Shown: one piece after another, positions 1 to 9,643 of the stretch
Layout: each line of letters opens with the position of its first letter
Position numbering within the stretch: position 1 is the stretch's first letter
Virus record (IMG/VR): IMGVR_UViG_3300033562_000553
Coordinates: 1 to 28,418 of that record
DNA: 28,418 nucleotides
Reading direction: 5' to 3' (one strand)
Origin: a virus
Lineage: Duplodnaviria; Caudoviricetes
Notes under the pieces: generated by a model
The model's input: only the letters and a program-made list of their open reading frames with translations
Database searches by the model: none
What the model was told of the DNA's origin: nothing
Position numbers and translations under genes: made by a program

Positions 1-2
1 AC

Positions 3-500
3 GTCTATGTCAATACAATCGCTGTTTCAACATTTGTTGCTTTAGAAACGATTACATCAACCACCAAAGTAGCAACTACCACAACTCCCCAGACCTGGAC
101 AGCTGATCTTGCTGTTCATGTTGCTGCAGCATACAAAACACTTGGAACTGACTACACTCTGGATGTTAAGTCTGGCCGTATCAGAATTCTTCCCTCTCCT
201 GGTACAATCGCAGCCGCAGCTACAGTTGATTATGAGGGCTCTTGTGAAGCGTACACGTATTCGACGATCACGGGTCTCTCAGATACTGGTGTTGACGGCA
301 CACTCGTGTTCGTTCCCGATGTACCTGAAGGCAATGACATTGAGCTCAATTTCCACTCTGTAACACTTACGCCCACTGGAGATCTTAATCTCATCGGCGA
401 AGAAATTATGGGCGTTGAATTTGAGTGCGAGATATTCAAAGATGAAGTCGGCCATCCGCTTTCGCCCTACATGGATGCGTATATCTCAGATTCCGTGTAG
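3..500 (+). CDS. Major tail tube protein, C-terminal part (5' truncated by window)
   Basis: Frame is open from position 3 to TAG at 498-500 (the 306..500 ORF is its tail). It contains GTDYTLDVKSGRIRIL and VTLTPTGDLNLIGEE, motifs typical of siphophage tail tube proteins, and lies directly upstream of the chaperones and tape measure gene. Confidence 0.85.
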   Translation, partial: VYVNTIAVSTFVALETITSTTKVATTTTPQTWTADLAVHVAAAYKTLGTDYTLDVKSGRIRILPSPGTIAAAATVDYEGSCEAYTYSTITGLSDTGVDGTLVFVPDVPEGNDIELNFHSVTLTPTGDLNLIGEEIMGVEFECEIFKDEVGHPLSPYMDAYISDSV

Positions 501-526
501 TTTTATAAACGCTCTTTGACTTTCAA

Positions 527-560
527 AAGTGGGAGGTTACAATAACTCCCACTTGTTTTA
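527..560 (+). terminator. Intrinsic terminator/attenuator after tail tube gene
   Basis: AAGTGGGAG (527-535) pairs with CTCCCACTT (546-554), followed by GTTTTA. Confidence 0.7.
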
Positions 561-595
561 TCATCAACTAAATTAATATTCTGGAGGATATTAAA

Positions 596-1057
596 ATGTC
601 AGAAACTGTAAAGTTAACTTCATCAGACTGGGAATCAATTTTTAAAGTAGAAACATTTGCTATTGGAAAAACAGTTCTTCAGTTAAGGCCTCTTGGTCTT
701 GAAGACCTCGCTTATGTAACTCTTCTCATTTCACAAATCAGTGAAAAAGTCATCCACCAAATCCCTAAAGACGAAAAAGAAAGAAAATTACCTGAACTTA
801 TAAACGAGATGCTTCCGTCGATACTTTCTGTAGTCCAAAAAGAAGTTCCTGAAGCCGTCTCTATTATGAGTAAACTTGACAAAGAAGATGTGAAAAACCT
901 TCCCGCTGAACTGTTACTTGATCTTGTTACCAAGTGTATAGAGATTAATATCGGCAGCCTGGAATCTCTATCAAAAAACTTTATAGCCCTGGCGGGGAAA
1001 GCGACACTTCTAAGTCAGGGCATGGGACAGACGACCAACGCGACGACGAAAAAATAG
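596..1057 (+). CDS. Tail assembly chaperone (lambda gpG analogue)
   Basis: GGAGG RBS; 153-aa helical protein between tail tube and tape measure genes; contains an in-frame slippery heptamer. Confidence 0.85.
   Translation: MSETVKLTSSDWESIFKVETFAIGKTVLQLRPLGLEDLAYVTLLISQISEKVIHQIPKDEKERKLPELINEMLPSILSVVQKEVPEAVSIMSKLDKEDVKNLPAELLLDLVTKCIEINIGSLESLSKNFIALAGKATLLSQGMGQTTNATTKK
973..979 (+). other. Programmed -1 ribosomal frameshift site A AAA AAC
   Basis: Canonical X XXY YYZ heptamer in frame (TCA AAA AAC = S-K-N); the -1 frame is open from here to 1377. Confidence 0.8.
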
Positions 1058-1377
1058 ACTGGGGAGATATTTTCCAAAGTTTAGTCAAGTACGGTCATAC
1101 CTGGAAAGATATAAAGAAATACACTTTGTACGAGCTAGGAATAATACTTAGATCATGCGCCCGTGCCAGGGATGTAGAATACAGAAACAGAAAAAGTGAA
1201 GAGATACTTAATAACTGGTATGGTTCAAATCTAGATGGTAAAGGGCTTACTACAGTTCTTAGCTCCATAAATGGGGCAAGTAGTCATAGGGAAAAGAAGT
1301 CAGATGGCGCCAAAGAAGAGTCTGAACAGCTGAAGAACATAAGAAGGGTCATAAATGTTATGGGTGGCAAAAAATAA
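973..1377 (+). CDS. Tail assembly chaperone gpGT-like C-terminal extension (expressed as 596..1377 frameshift fusion)
   Basis: The -1 frame reads KKLYSPGGES...IDWGDIFQSLVKYGHTWKDIKKYTLYELG... continuously into the 1126..1377 ORF, which lacks a good start/RBS of its own. Confidence 0.8.
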   Translation, partial: KKLYSPGGESDTSKSGHGTDDQRDDEKIDWGDIFQSLVKYGHTWKDIKKYTLYELGIILRSCARARDVEYRNRKSEEILNNWYGSNLDGKGLTTVLSSINGASSHREKKSDGAKEESEQLKNIRRVINVMGGKK

Positions 1378-1388
1378 AGGATAGGGCC

Positions 1389-4300
1389 ATGGCAGATAAT
1401 GAAAGAATGGTTAATATTGTTCTTAGACTGGTAGACCAGACTCAAGCAAACGCTAGTGCTATTGCTAAAAACCTTCTTAATATAGAGACCGCAGCAAAAA
1501 AGGCTGGAACTGGTATAGGCGCGCTATTATCTAGTGTCAAGGTATCTATAGAAGGTGTACAGGATAAAACTAAAGGCGCTGCAGCAGGTGTAGCTGGTAT
1601 TGGAACAGCTGCTTCTGGTGCGGCGTCTGGCGTAAATTCTGTTGGAGCAGCCTTAGGAGCAGCGGGTGCAGCAGCAGCAGGAGCGGCTGGTGGAATAAAT
1701 CAGACAGGGAATGCTATTGGACAGACGTCAAAACAAGCTGCAGCTGCCGCGAAACAATTAGCGCTTCTCAATAACTATGTTCTTAACATACGAAAAGGAT
1801 TTACTGACGCCGGCGGTTCTGTCATAGGTTTTTCTATGGCACTCAGCGCTATTGGATCAGCTATAACAGCGCCATTTGTTATCGGAGTCCAAAAAGCCAC
1901 AGAGTTTGAGGCGTCAATGTCTGCTGTTAAAGGCGTAATGCAGACAACTGATGTTGAGTTCCAGAATGTAAGAAATACAGCGTTACAACTGGGTCGAGAC
2001 ACACGTTACACAGCCAATGAAGTTGCAGAAACATTCAGGATCATGGGCCAAGCTGGTATCAAGGCAGGCGAGTCCATGGTAGCTATGCCGTCAGTTCTAC
2101 AGTTAACGACAGCCGGTAGTCTAGACTTGGCTGACGCCGCGGGTATAGCGGTAAACGTTATGAGGTCGTATGGTATTGCTGCAGAAGGCCTAGACATGGT
2201 TAACGACAGACTCGTCGCAGCATTTACTAATTCAAACTCTACGATGCGAGAGCTCGGAGACGCGTTTAAGTACGTGGCGCCTATCGCTAAAGCTATGGGC
2301 ACGGATTTCGATGACTTAACCGGTGCTATGGCCGCTCTACATACTGCCGGTATTAAAGGGTCAATGGCAGGAACGACCCTAAGAGGTGTGCTCCAGGGGC
2401 TATACAACCCAACCAAGGCAGATGCACGGTTAATGGCAGAGCTGTCGACAAGAATAGGCGGGGCCGGGCTCCAAATAAAAAATAGTAAGGGTGACTTTGT
2501 AGGCTTCCAGAGTATAGTAGAGCAGTTAGAGAAAGCCGGCATAAAGGGTGAAGAGTCGTTAAGGCTCTTTGGACTACGCGCTGGACCAGGTATGCAGGCT
2601 CTAGTTAACGCCGGGTCTGAGGCCCTAGGTGACTTGAACGATGTTATTAGTACTTCAGATGGTTTAGCAAGGCGTATAGCTAATACCATGGAAGACACAA
2701 TGTATGGGGCCTGGAAGAGGTTTGAATCTGCCATTACCGGTCTGGGTATAGCTGTTGGAAACAACTTATTGCCTATGTTAGCAGCCATGGCTGATTTTAT
2801 CGCAGAAGCAATTAACAAATTTACTGAGTTTCATGACGCTCTAGGGCCAGTTGCAACAGTCATAGACGTTCTAATAGCTACGGTAGGTGGCTTAGTTCTA
2901 GCCCTGGGTGTCCTAGGAGTAAGTTACACGTATATTATTGCTCCTATAAAGGCTGCTACTGTGGCGGTGTTTGTGTCTACGGCAGCTATGAAGGGCGCCA
3001 CCGCATCTACCATCACTCTTGGTGGAGCCATAAGAATACTCGGTGCTGCTATTTATGCTGCTCTAGGTCCAGTTGGGATGATTGTCTTAGGAGCTGCTGC
3101 AGCAATTGGTGTAATGGTAGCAGCGTACAACAGTCTTACTGAAAGCGTTGACGAGAATATAAAGAAAAATGATGAGCTAGAATTTTCATTGCGCCAAGCT
3201 GGACATGCGTATGAGCGCTATAAAGAAAAACTTAAAGGCCTTAACATAAATTCAGTTGAGGCTAGAGACATAAATAAAAAGCTTAGAGAAGAGCTTATTA
3301 AAACGTCTCAGGCAAAAGGTATGTCACAGGAATTTGTCGATGCTGCCAATAGAGCTAAAGACTCGATTAACGAAACAACAGGCGCAGTAGTAGATAATGG
3401 AAAGGCTCTAGAAGCGTGGTATAAAATACAAGCTGACAATGAATTAGACGCAATGTCAGAGCAGATTCTTAACCTAGGGAATAAGTTAAACGAAGCTTTC
3501 GCTGATAAGAATATTCTAGAAGAGGTGTTTAGTTTTTTTCATCCTGCTACAGACGTAAAAAAGTCGTTTGCTCAAATATCAGAAGAAGTTAGAAATTATT
3601 CAGGCGTCTTAACAACCGCTCAAGTAGAAACAAGAGACTATCTAAACGCCTTGAGAGAGCACGCTAGAATAGTAGTTACAGCGTTAGCTAGGACAGGAAA
3701 AGTTAAGATATCAGCAGACCCTAAAGAAATTCTTAGCAGCAGGGTAGCGATGGAAAAATACATCGACACCCTAAGAAAGATGGAAAAGTTCAACCCACAG
3801 TCGGCTGCTGCCATAAGGGAATACTTTTTCGCCGCTGCCAAGGGAGCAAAAGATGCAGCTAACGATCCTTTACTTACTGCTGGTACTAAAGCGTCAGTGG
3901 CCAATCAAAAGTTAATTGACGACCATAAGGCAGCTATTGAGAAGATTAAAAATTCTGCGATAGACCAAATATTAGCAGTACAGTTAGCAGAAGCAAAGGC
4001 GCTAAAGGGTAAAGACCTACTAGAAACTGAAAAAATAAAAATAACATCGGACGCGTCTGACAAAATATTCCAGATTAAGATAGACGAGGCTGACCAGTTA
4101 CTGCAAATTGAAAGAACTTACCTGGCGGCACTATTAGCAGAAAGAAAGAAAGCGTCTACTATTGACACGTCTAAGCAAGAAATAGTTAGCACTGAGCAGG
4201 GTAAAAAGAGGCTAACAATACAGCAGATTAATGACGAGACTGCTGTAAAAGCAGCTGCAGCAAATGCCCAAGGCAAAATAGTAGAAGAGAGTTATCGGAG

Positions 4301-5801
4301 ACAGGTTGAACTAGCGAGAGCAGGTCTTGCGAAAGTAGACACTATGGCGGAGGGAAGCTATTCACTCGGCCTCATGTCACTGAGAACGTATTATAATAAT
4401 AAAGAAGAGCTTTTAAAGAAATCACAGGAGTTAGATTTAGTACTGGCTAACGTTGCGGTTGAGACTAGCGCCACTGAACCGCAGAAAGAAAAAGCGCTTC
4501 ACGACTTAATGGTGCTAAAGATAAAGCATAAAGAGCAGCTGGTAAAGTTAACAACAGATGAAACCAAGGCTACTCGGGCGCTCTTACATGAAGAGACCGC
4601 CATGTATAATGAGCTAAAATATAGAAAGCTCGCGTTAGATGCTACTGAGCCGGGTTTAAGTAAACTAGACCGGCTAAAAGCAGAACAGGCTCTTGAGAAA
4701 GAGCAAATGCTAGATGCTTTTGAAGAAAAAACGAAACTTGAGGTAGAGCAAGGCAAAAGTATAGCAGCTGTTAGAGACTCAATTGCCCTTTTTAAAGAAG
4801 AAGTGCGCCGGAAGGACTTAGACAACGAACGAGAGTACTATAGCGCTTTAGCTGAGACAGTAGCCGAGTATGCCTCTATAGTTGAAAACACTTTTTCAGC
4901 AATATACGATTTACAGAAACAGTTATCAGATTATAAACTAGCAGCCCTGGAAACGGATATAGCGAATGAAGAAGCACTGCGGGCGCAGGGTGATAGCGCG
5001 CGTATCAACGCTATTAAGACCGCGCATTCTCAGGAAATTGAAGCAGCTATCCAGCGTGGCGCGTCCTTAGGTGAAGTAGACAGAATGAAAGCAGCTAATG
5101 CTGAACAGATAACTCAATTGGAAATTGAGAATGACACTGCAGCCACAAATGCAAAAATGGCTAATGACAAAAGACTCGCAGACGCTGAAAATAAAGAACG
5201 TGAAAGACAGAAAGCCGCTTTTATATTTATGAAAGCTGCGTCTATAGCATCAATAATAGCGAATACCTTTCTTGCAGCATCTAAAGCCAATGTAGACGGC
5301 GGAACATTCGCAGGTCCAATTTTAGCTGCTATGATTATTGCTGGAGGTATGGCTAATGTCGCTACCGTAGCGTCGCAAAAAATGGCCGAAGGTGGATGGG
5401 TTGGCGGCTCTTCTCCAACAGATAGTGCTGATAATATACCCGTGAATCTTACTGCCAAAGAATATGTTATGCCTGTAGCAGCTGGTAGAAAATATGGTGA
5501 TAGAATCATGAATGCCATGAGAATGGGAATGTATCCAAGAGAGTTGTTGTCAAGCGCATTGGACAATATGGGAGCTTTCGTGCCAAGAGTGAAACCAAGT
5601 TACGCTTTGGCCGCTGGTGGGCCTGTACCATCATCACAAGGTGATTCTGCTGGTGGAAAAGGTCAGATGGTCAACATAGTGAACTTGGTTGACCCCTCGC
5701 TATTCGAAAAGTACACATCATCGGAAAAAGGTCAGCAATCAATCGTCAACGTTATTTCAGAAAAAGCGTATCAAATAAAACATGTTTTGAATCAGGGTTA
5801 A
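1389..5801 (+). CDS. Tail tape measure protein (TP901-family core)
   Basis: 1470 aa, Ala/Gly-rich and helical; core motifs FEASMSAVKGV, LGRDTRYTANEVA, LGDAFKYVAP, GIKGSMAGTTLR; hydrophobic segments; C-terminal AEGGWVGG...DNIPVNLTAKEYVM motif. Confidence 0.97.
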   Translation: MADNERMVNIVLRLVDQTQANASAIAKNLLNIETAAKKAGTGIGALLSSVKVSIEGVQDKTKGAAAGVAGIGTAASGAASGVNSVGAALGAAGAAAAGAAGGINQTGNAIGQTSKQAAAAAKQLALLNNYVLNIRKGFTDAGGSVIGFSMALSAIGSAITAPFVIGVQKATEFEASMSAVKGVMQTTDVEFQNVRNTALQLGRDTRYTANEVAETFRIMGQAGIKAGESMVAMPSVLQLTTAGSLDLADAAGIAVNVMRSYGIAAEGLDMVNDRLVAAFTNSNSTMRELGDAFKYVAPIAKAMGTDFDDLTGAMAALHTAGIKGSMAGTTLRGVLQGLYNPTKADARLMAELSTRIGGAGLQIKNSKGDFVGFQSIVEQLEKAGIKGEESLRLFGLRAGPGMQALVNAGSEALGDLNDVISTSDGLARRIANTMEDTMYGAWKRFESAITGLGIAVGNNLLPMLAAMADFIAEAINKFTEFHDALGPVATVIDVLIATVGGLVLALGVLGVSYTYIIAPIKAATVAVFVSTAAMKGATASTITLGGAIRILGAAIYAALGPVGMIVLGAAAAIGVMVAAYNSLTESVDENIKKNDELEFSLRQAGHAYERYKEKLKGLNINSVEARDINKKLREELIKTSQAKGMSQEFVDAANRAKDSINETTGAVVDNGKALEAWYKIQADNELDAMSEQILNLGNKLNEAFADKNILEEVFSFFHPATDVKKSFAQISEEVRNYSGVLTTAQVETRDYLNALREHARIVVTALARTGKVKISADPKEILSSRVAMEKYIDTLRKMEKFNPQSAAAIREYFFAAAKGAKDAANDPLLTAGTKASVANQKLIDDHKAAIEKIKNSAIDQILAVQLAEAKALKGKDLLETEKIKITSDASDKIFQIKIDEADQLLQIERTYLAALLAERKKASTIDTSKQEIVSTEQGKKRLTIQQINDETAVKAAAANAQGKIVEESYRRQVELARAGLAKVDTMAEGSYSLGLMSLRTYYNNKEELLKKSQELDLVLANVAVETSATEPQKEKALHDLMVLKIKHKEQLVKLTTDETKATRALLHEETAMYNELKYRKLALDATEPGLSKLDRLKAEQALEKEQMLDAFEEKTKLEVEQGKSIAAVRDSIALFKEEVRRKDLDNEREYYSALAETVAEYASIVENTFSAIYDLQKQLSDYKLAALETDIANEEALRAQGDSARINAIKTAHSQEIEAAIQRGASLGEVDRMKAANAEQITQLEIENDTAATNAKMANDKRLADAENKERERQKAAFIFMKAASIASIIANTFLAASKANVDGGTFAGPILAAMIIAGGMANVATVASQKMAEGGWVGGSSPTDSADNIPVNLTAKEYVMPVAAGRKYGDRIMNAMRMGMYPRELLSSALDNMGAFVPRVKPSYALAAGGPVPSSQGDSAGGKGQMVNIVNLVDPSLFEKYTSSEKGQQSIVNVISEKAYQIKHVLNQG

Positions 5802-5811
5802 TGGAGGGGAA

Positions 5812-7416
5812 ATGTTTATTGAATCTCATGCTATACCAAGATTTGGTGGGCCTGATGGTCTAATTGATCACATGCTCGATCATTTACTTGGAACAGAAGT
5901 AAGTGGTGAAAGTTTAGGAACACCAAACGGAACACTTACAAATTTCACTGGAACTTTGGTCGGATCGCCAGTTCCGAAAAGTAGATTCACAATTTCTTAT
6001 CGAGTTGGAGCTGTCAATTATACAGCAACAGATGATGCTTCTGGGTTTATTACTGGAACGCATATTAATGGAGCTATTTCAACTTTTGTTTATGCTACTG
6101 GTGTTTTTAACATAACATTTACGACCGCTCCATATAGTGGTTCGACGTTAACAGCTTCCTATATTCATGGTCAGCCTGGATCCGATTGGAGATTAATTAG
6201 ACACACATACTCCCACTTAAATGCTTTAACTGATATAAGACCGAATGCCACTTCTACAACACAATCAACATTTGTACTTGGAACAGGAAACGGGTCTCAA
6301 ACAGTATTTACAGGGAACCCAACAGCAACAGGATACGCTGGAGGTGTTTTTCCAATGTTCAGCCCAACATTAACATTTACAATAGGTGGTGTAGCTAAAA
6401 CAGCGCATAGTCATGCTATTGCAGATCTTACTCACGGAAACCTTGCCGCAACTGATAATAGATTGATTGGAAATTTGACAAGGCATCAGACATCAGGAGC
6501 ATTCAACCATCCAGACATTTCAACAAGTTCAATAAGTTGGACGTCAACAAGAGCTATCTCAGTAACTTTTGCTACTCCTCCGACCAATGGAACTCCTGTA
6601 ACTGTCAACTATTTTATTGCTGCGGACGAAGCAAATAGTTGTTTAGAATGCATTATTGGCAGCACCGGCAAGAATGGACTAAATCCCATTTATGTGGGAT
6701 TTAAGCAAAGGGGTATTCCAACTTATACGGCTCCAAATACAGTGCTAAGTGTTTACGCCTGGAATGCCTGGAATAGCTCACCAGCCAATACCACCGGCAT
6801 TTCAACTGGTATTGGACTTTCGAGGCAGCTTTACGATGTAAATATGTCAGCTTGGTCTTCGACATTGTCGATGAATTTGTATGCCAATCAAGGACGTATA
6901 ATAGGTTTCATTGAAACACAGTCCAGTTATTATCAATCATTTTATGTGGGACATTTTCTTAGATACACAAACCCAACAAATTATGCAAATCCAGTATTTG
7001 TTGGATCAAATAACTTATACAATGCTGTAGCTGTGCATACTTCTACATCAAACCACAGTATATTTTCTGATGTTGATGCCCTATCCTCTACGGGAAGACA
7101 CATTATGTCACCAGCTAATTCTTGGTTTCATAATTTGACATCTGGCCATCTCAGATCTTGTTCAAGTTCTGATTCTTGCTTCACACCTCTTGGTAGAATT
7201 ACAAATGGGGGAGTATTAGTAATTCCAATTTATTTGTGGTGGCCAGCTGCAGGAGCCCAGAATGAATTTCTTGGTGCGTTCGATGATTTTTATTATGCAC
7301 CATGTAATCAAATCGCAACGTATGATATTATAGATGATGGTGTCAGCACATATAGAGTTTTTAATGATGTTGGGAAAGTGGCACAGTACAACTTTTACGC
7401 TGTAAAAAGAATTTAG
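5812..7416 (+). CDS. Virion structural/distal tail protein (YuA/D3112-like)
   Basis: Follows the TMP; Thr/Gly-rich beta character; C-terminal YQSFYVGHFLRYTNPTNYANPVFVG and FLGAFDDFYY resemble this tail protein type. Confidence 0.7.
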   Translation: MFIESHAIPRFGGPDGLIDHMLDHLLGTEVSGESLGTPNGTLTNFTGTLVGSPVPKSRFTISYRVGAVNYTATDDASGFITGTHINGAISTFVYATGVFNITFTTAPYSGSTLTASYIHGQPGSDWRLIRHTYSHLNALTDIRPNATSTTQSTFVLGTGNGSQTVFTGNPTATGYAGGVFPMFSPTLTFTIGGVAKTAHSHAIADLTHGNLAATDNRLIGNLTRHQTSGAFNHPDISTSSISWTSTRAISVTFATPPTNGTPVTVNYFIAADEANSCLECIIGSTGKNGLNPIYVGFKQRGIPTYTAPNTVLSVYAWNAWNSSPANTTGISTGIGLSRQLYDVNMSAWSSTLSMNLYANQGRIIGFIETQSSYYQSFYVGHFLRYTNPTNYANPVFVGSNNLYNAVAVHTSTSNHSIFSDVDALSSTGRHIMSPANSWFHNLTSGHLRSCSSSDSCFTPLGRITNGGVLVIPIYLWWPAAGAQNEFLGAFDDFYYAPCNQIATYDIIDDGVSTYRVFNDVGKVAQYNFYAVKRI

Positions 7417-7424
7417 GAGGAACA

Positions 7425-8477
7425 ATGACACTTTTATCATACGAACATCATACGAACATCACAGACATTCACGATACACTTAACCGATTCGGAACATTCG
7501 CTGGAAGTTGTGGGTGGACAGTAGAGTACAATCTAACGAACGTTGGAACGTGGAACACAACTACTGGTGTATTTAATGCTGGTACAGCAACATTTTTAAT
7601 GATCTCACAGACAGGGGCTGGTTGTGGCAATCATTCTGCACAGAATATGTGTTACCAATTTCTGTCTGAGTTAAAAGGCACAAATCAAGGGTCTATATCA
7701 CCACAGGGACGTGTTAATACGGCCACAAGAGTTATTGGTGATCCTTCATGTCGGACTACACATCCACTCTCACAGTTTCCCAATTTTACAGATCAAGCTG
7801 CAAGAAGGTATTTTTGTTGTAATGGATTAAATCCACCAAATGTTTGGTTTTTTGGAAACTCCAAATTCTTAGCAATACACGTAGATAATGATGGTGTTTC
7901 TAATTCGGGTTTACATCTTGGAACTTGGAATGTGTTTGATAAAACGGCAACGAATACAGATACCACGTTAAATTTTCTTTTTAATTTTAAGAGAGAAACA
8001 AATGTGTACGAATGGGACACCCCTGCTGGATCAGTTTCCTCAAAAGCTTACTGGACATCTCCAAGATTAGGTAATGACAATTCGCAAAATGTAGTCTTGA
8101 AAGGAGTAGGACTCGCTAATGCTGGGAATATCCAAGAAGATTTTGGTTTTGAACCAGTAAGTGCAACACTTAATTTTTCGTACGCATCATACTATTTTTC
8201 TAATCGACGTATGTTACTTGACGATTCCTTACCTTATTCGCAGACATATAACGGATATAAAATGAGTTACGCCTCTTACAGATTAATGTTAAAGCCAAAT
8301 GCCTATTGGAAAGATTCTGTTGCTGGATTTTGGAGACCTTTAGGAATGTGTGAGCATTACATCTGCTACGTTCAGGGTCTTGCCACAGGAGCTACAGTAA
8401 CTAACGGATCCAAACAATTTTTATGTTTTCCGGGATTCAATAGAAAAAATTTCGGCATTGCGTACAGAATAGCATAG
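7425..8477 (+). CDS. Virion structural/tail protein
   Basis: AGGAGG RBS; second of the pair of post-TMP structural genes typical of this tail type; ends FGIAYRIA. Confidence 0.65.
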   Translation: MTLLSYEHHTNITDIHDTLNRFGTFAGSCGWTVEYNLTNVGTWNTTTGVFNAGTATFLMISQTGAGCGNHSAQNMCYQFLSELKGTNQGSISPQGRVNTATRVIGDPSCRTTHPLSQFPNFTDQAARRYFCCNGLNPPNVWFFGNSKFLAIHVDNDGVSNSGLHLGTWNVFDKTATNTDTTLNFLFNFKRETNVYEWDTPAGSVSSKAYWTSPRLGNDNSQNVVLKGVGLANAGNIQEDFGFEPVSATLNFSYASYYFSNRRMLLDDSLPYSQTYNGYKMSYASYRLMLKPNAYWKDSVAGFWRPLGMCEHYICYVQGLATGATVTNGSKQFLCFPGFNRKNFGIAYRIA

Positions 8478-8487
8478 GAGGTCGGAA

Positions 8488-9642
8488 ATGGCCACAATTA
8501 CAAACTCTGTTGTTTCTTGGTCAGATACGTCCACTCTAGAAGCAGCACAGACAGTTACAATGTACGATGATAATACAGTGGATATAGGTTCACAACCAGC
8601 TCCTATAGCTTCTGTTCAAGCTCCACCATTTTTATTAGGTGTATACGAACCTACATGGGGTGGAAATGAAATAACTGATCAACTTTCTCATAGTGCCAAA
8701 GAATCAGCAAGAGAGACGTTTCATAAAAGTGAACTTTTACCTTTAGGGGATCTATCAGAAAATTATGTAAAGGATGTTGTCAGAGGGTCCATTTATTGCT
8801 CACCTACAGAAATTCGTGGGTTTTTTGCAGAAGGTCTATTTACAACAGTTGTTATATGGAATGCTAAGTACGTAGACAACGTGATCAATGATCGGACAGT
8901 CATTGATGAAGAAGGCACTCTTATGACTCCTTCTTCATTCCCACTTGGTATAGGTGCAGATCTCGACAAAATATATGATCTAACAGTATACGCGAACGGT
9001 CCTGGACAACAAGACACCACGTATACTTTTGATATAAGTGGAGAACTTTTCCCCATCTACATTTCTGGAATTCGAATTTTGCCGTTTACTTTTCCAATAG
9101 ATTGGGATGATGGATACAAACTTACTTTACTACATGATACCATAATTCAGGACAATACTTTAACCAGAGAACAGAGAAGACCTTTCCAAAGTAGAATGTA
9201 CAAGAGAATAAATGTTAAAATTCTTTTAGATACTCTCGAAAAGCAAGACATATTTTATCATTGGGCTGATATGGCACAAGATAAAATATTGGCAATGCCA
9301 CTTTACCAGGAAGCTTGTTTCACAGCAGCCGATATAGTATCTGGACAATCAAACGTTGTCGTTCGGGAAGAAATCTCAAGTTATAAATTTCTACCGGAGT
9401 CTTCTTTCGTGTTGGTAGTAGACCATGAAAACAATTATGGAGAAGCTAAACGGGTTTCTTCAATAAATATAGGAACAAAAACAATTTACTTTGAAAATAA
9501 CATTGTTGCAGGATTTGACAAAGATACCACTGTTATATATCCTGTTTGTTTTGTGACTGTTGACTCTATTGATTTTGAGGCTAATACTGATATGATAAGC
9601 GGTGTAACTTTGCAGTTTTCAGAATTCAGGAAGGAAATTTAA
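8488..9642 (+). CDS. Tail protein (distal tail/hub-like)
   Basis: GGAGG RBS; FPIDW...TIIQDNTLTREQRR motif similar to DUF2460-like distal tail proteins; position in tail operon. Confidence 0.7.
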   Translation: MATITNSVVSWSDTSTLEAAQTVTMYDDNTVDIGSQPAPIASVQAPPFLLGVYEPTWGGNEITDQLSHSAKESARETFHKSELLPLGDLSENYVKDVVRGSIYCSPTEIRGFFAEGLFTTVVIWNAKYVDNVINDRTVIDEEGTLMTPSSFPLGIGADLDKIYDLTVYANGPGQQDTTYTFDISGELFPIYISGIRILPFTFPIDWDDGYKLTLLHDTIIQDNTLTREQRRPFQSRMYKRINVKILLDTLEKQDIFYHWADMAQDKILAMPLYQEACFTAADIVSGQSNVVVREEISSYKFLPESSFVLVVDHENNYGEAKRVSSINIGTKTIYFENNIVAGFDKDTTVIYPVCFVTVDSIDFEANTDMISGVTLQFSEFRKEI

Positions 9643-9643
9643 C

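Noticed and set aside
109-363. 84-aa + strand ORF and the 230..439 antisense ORF
   Set aside because: Off-frame or antisense shadows of the tail tube gene, whose true frame runs 3..500.
995-1001. Lambda-type slippery sequence GGGAAAG
   Set aside because: Read as GGG AAA G, not G GGA AAG; the upstream A AAA AAC is in the correct phase.
1775-5566. Antisense ORFs within the tape measure gene, including the 270-aa 2006..2818
   Set aside because: Mirror-frame products of an Ala/Gly/Leu-rich gene, with no RBS or recognisable motifs.
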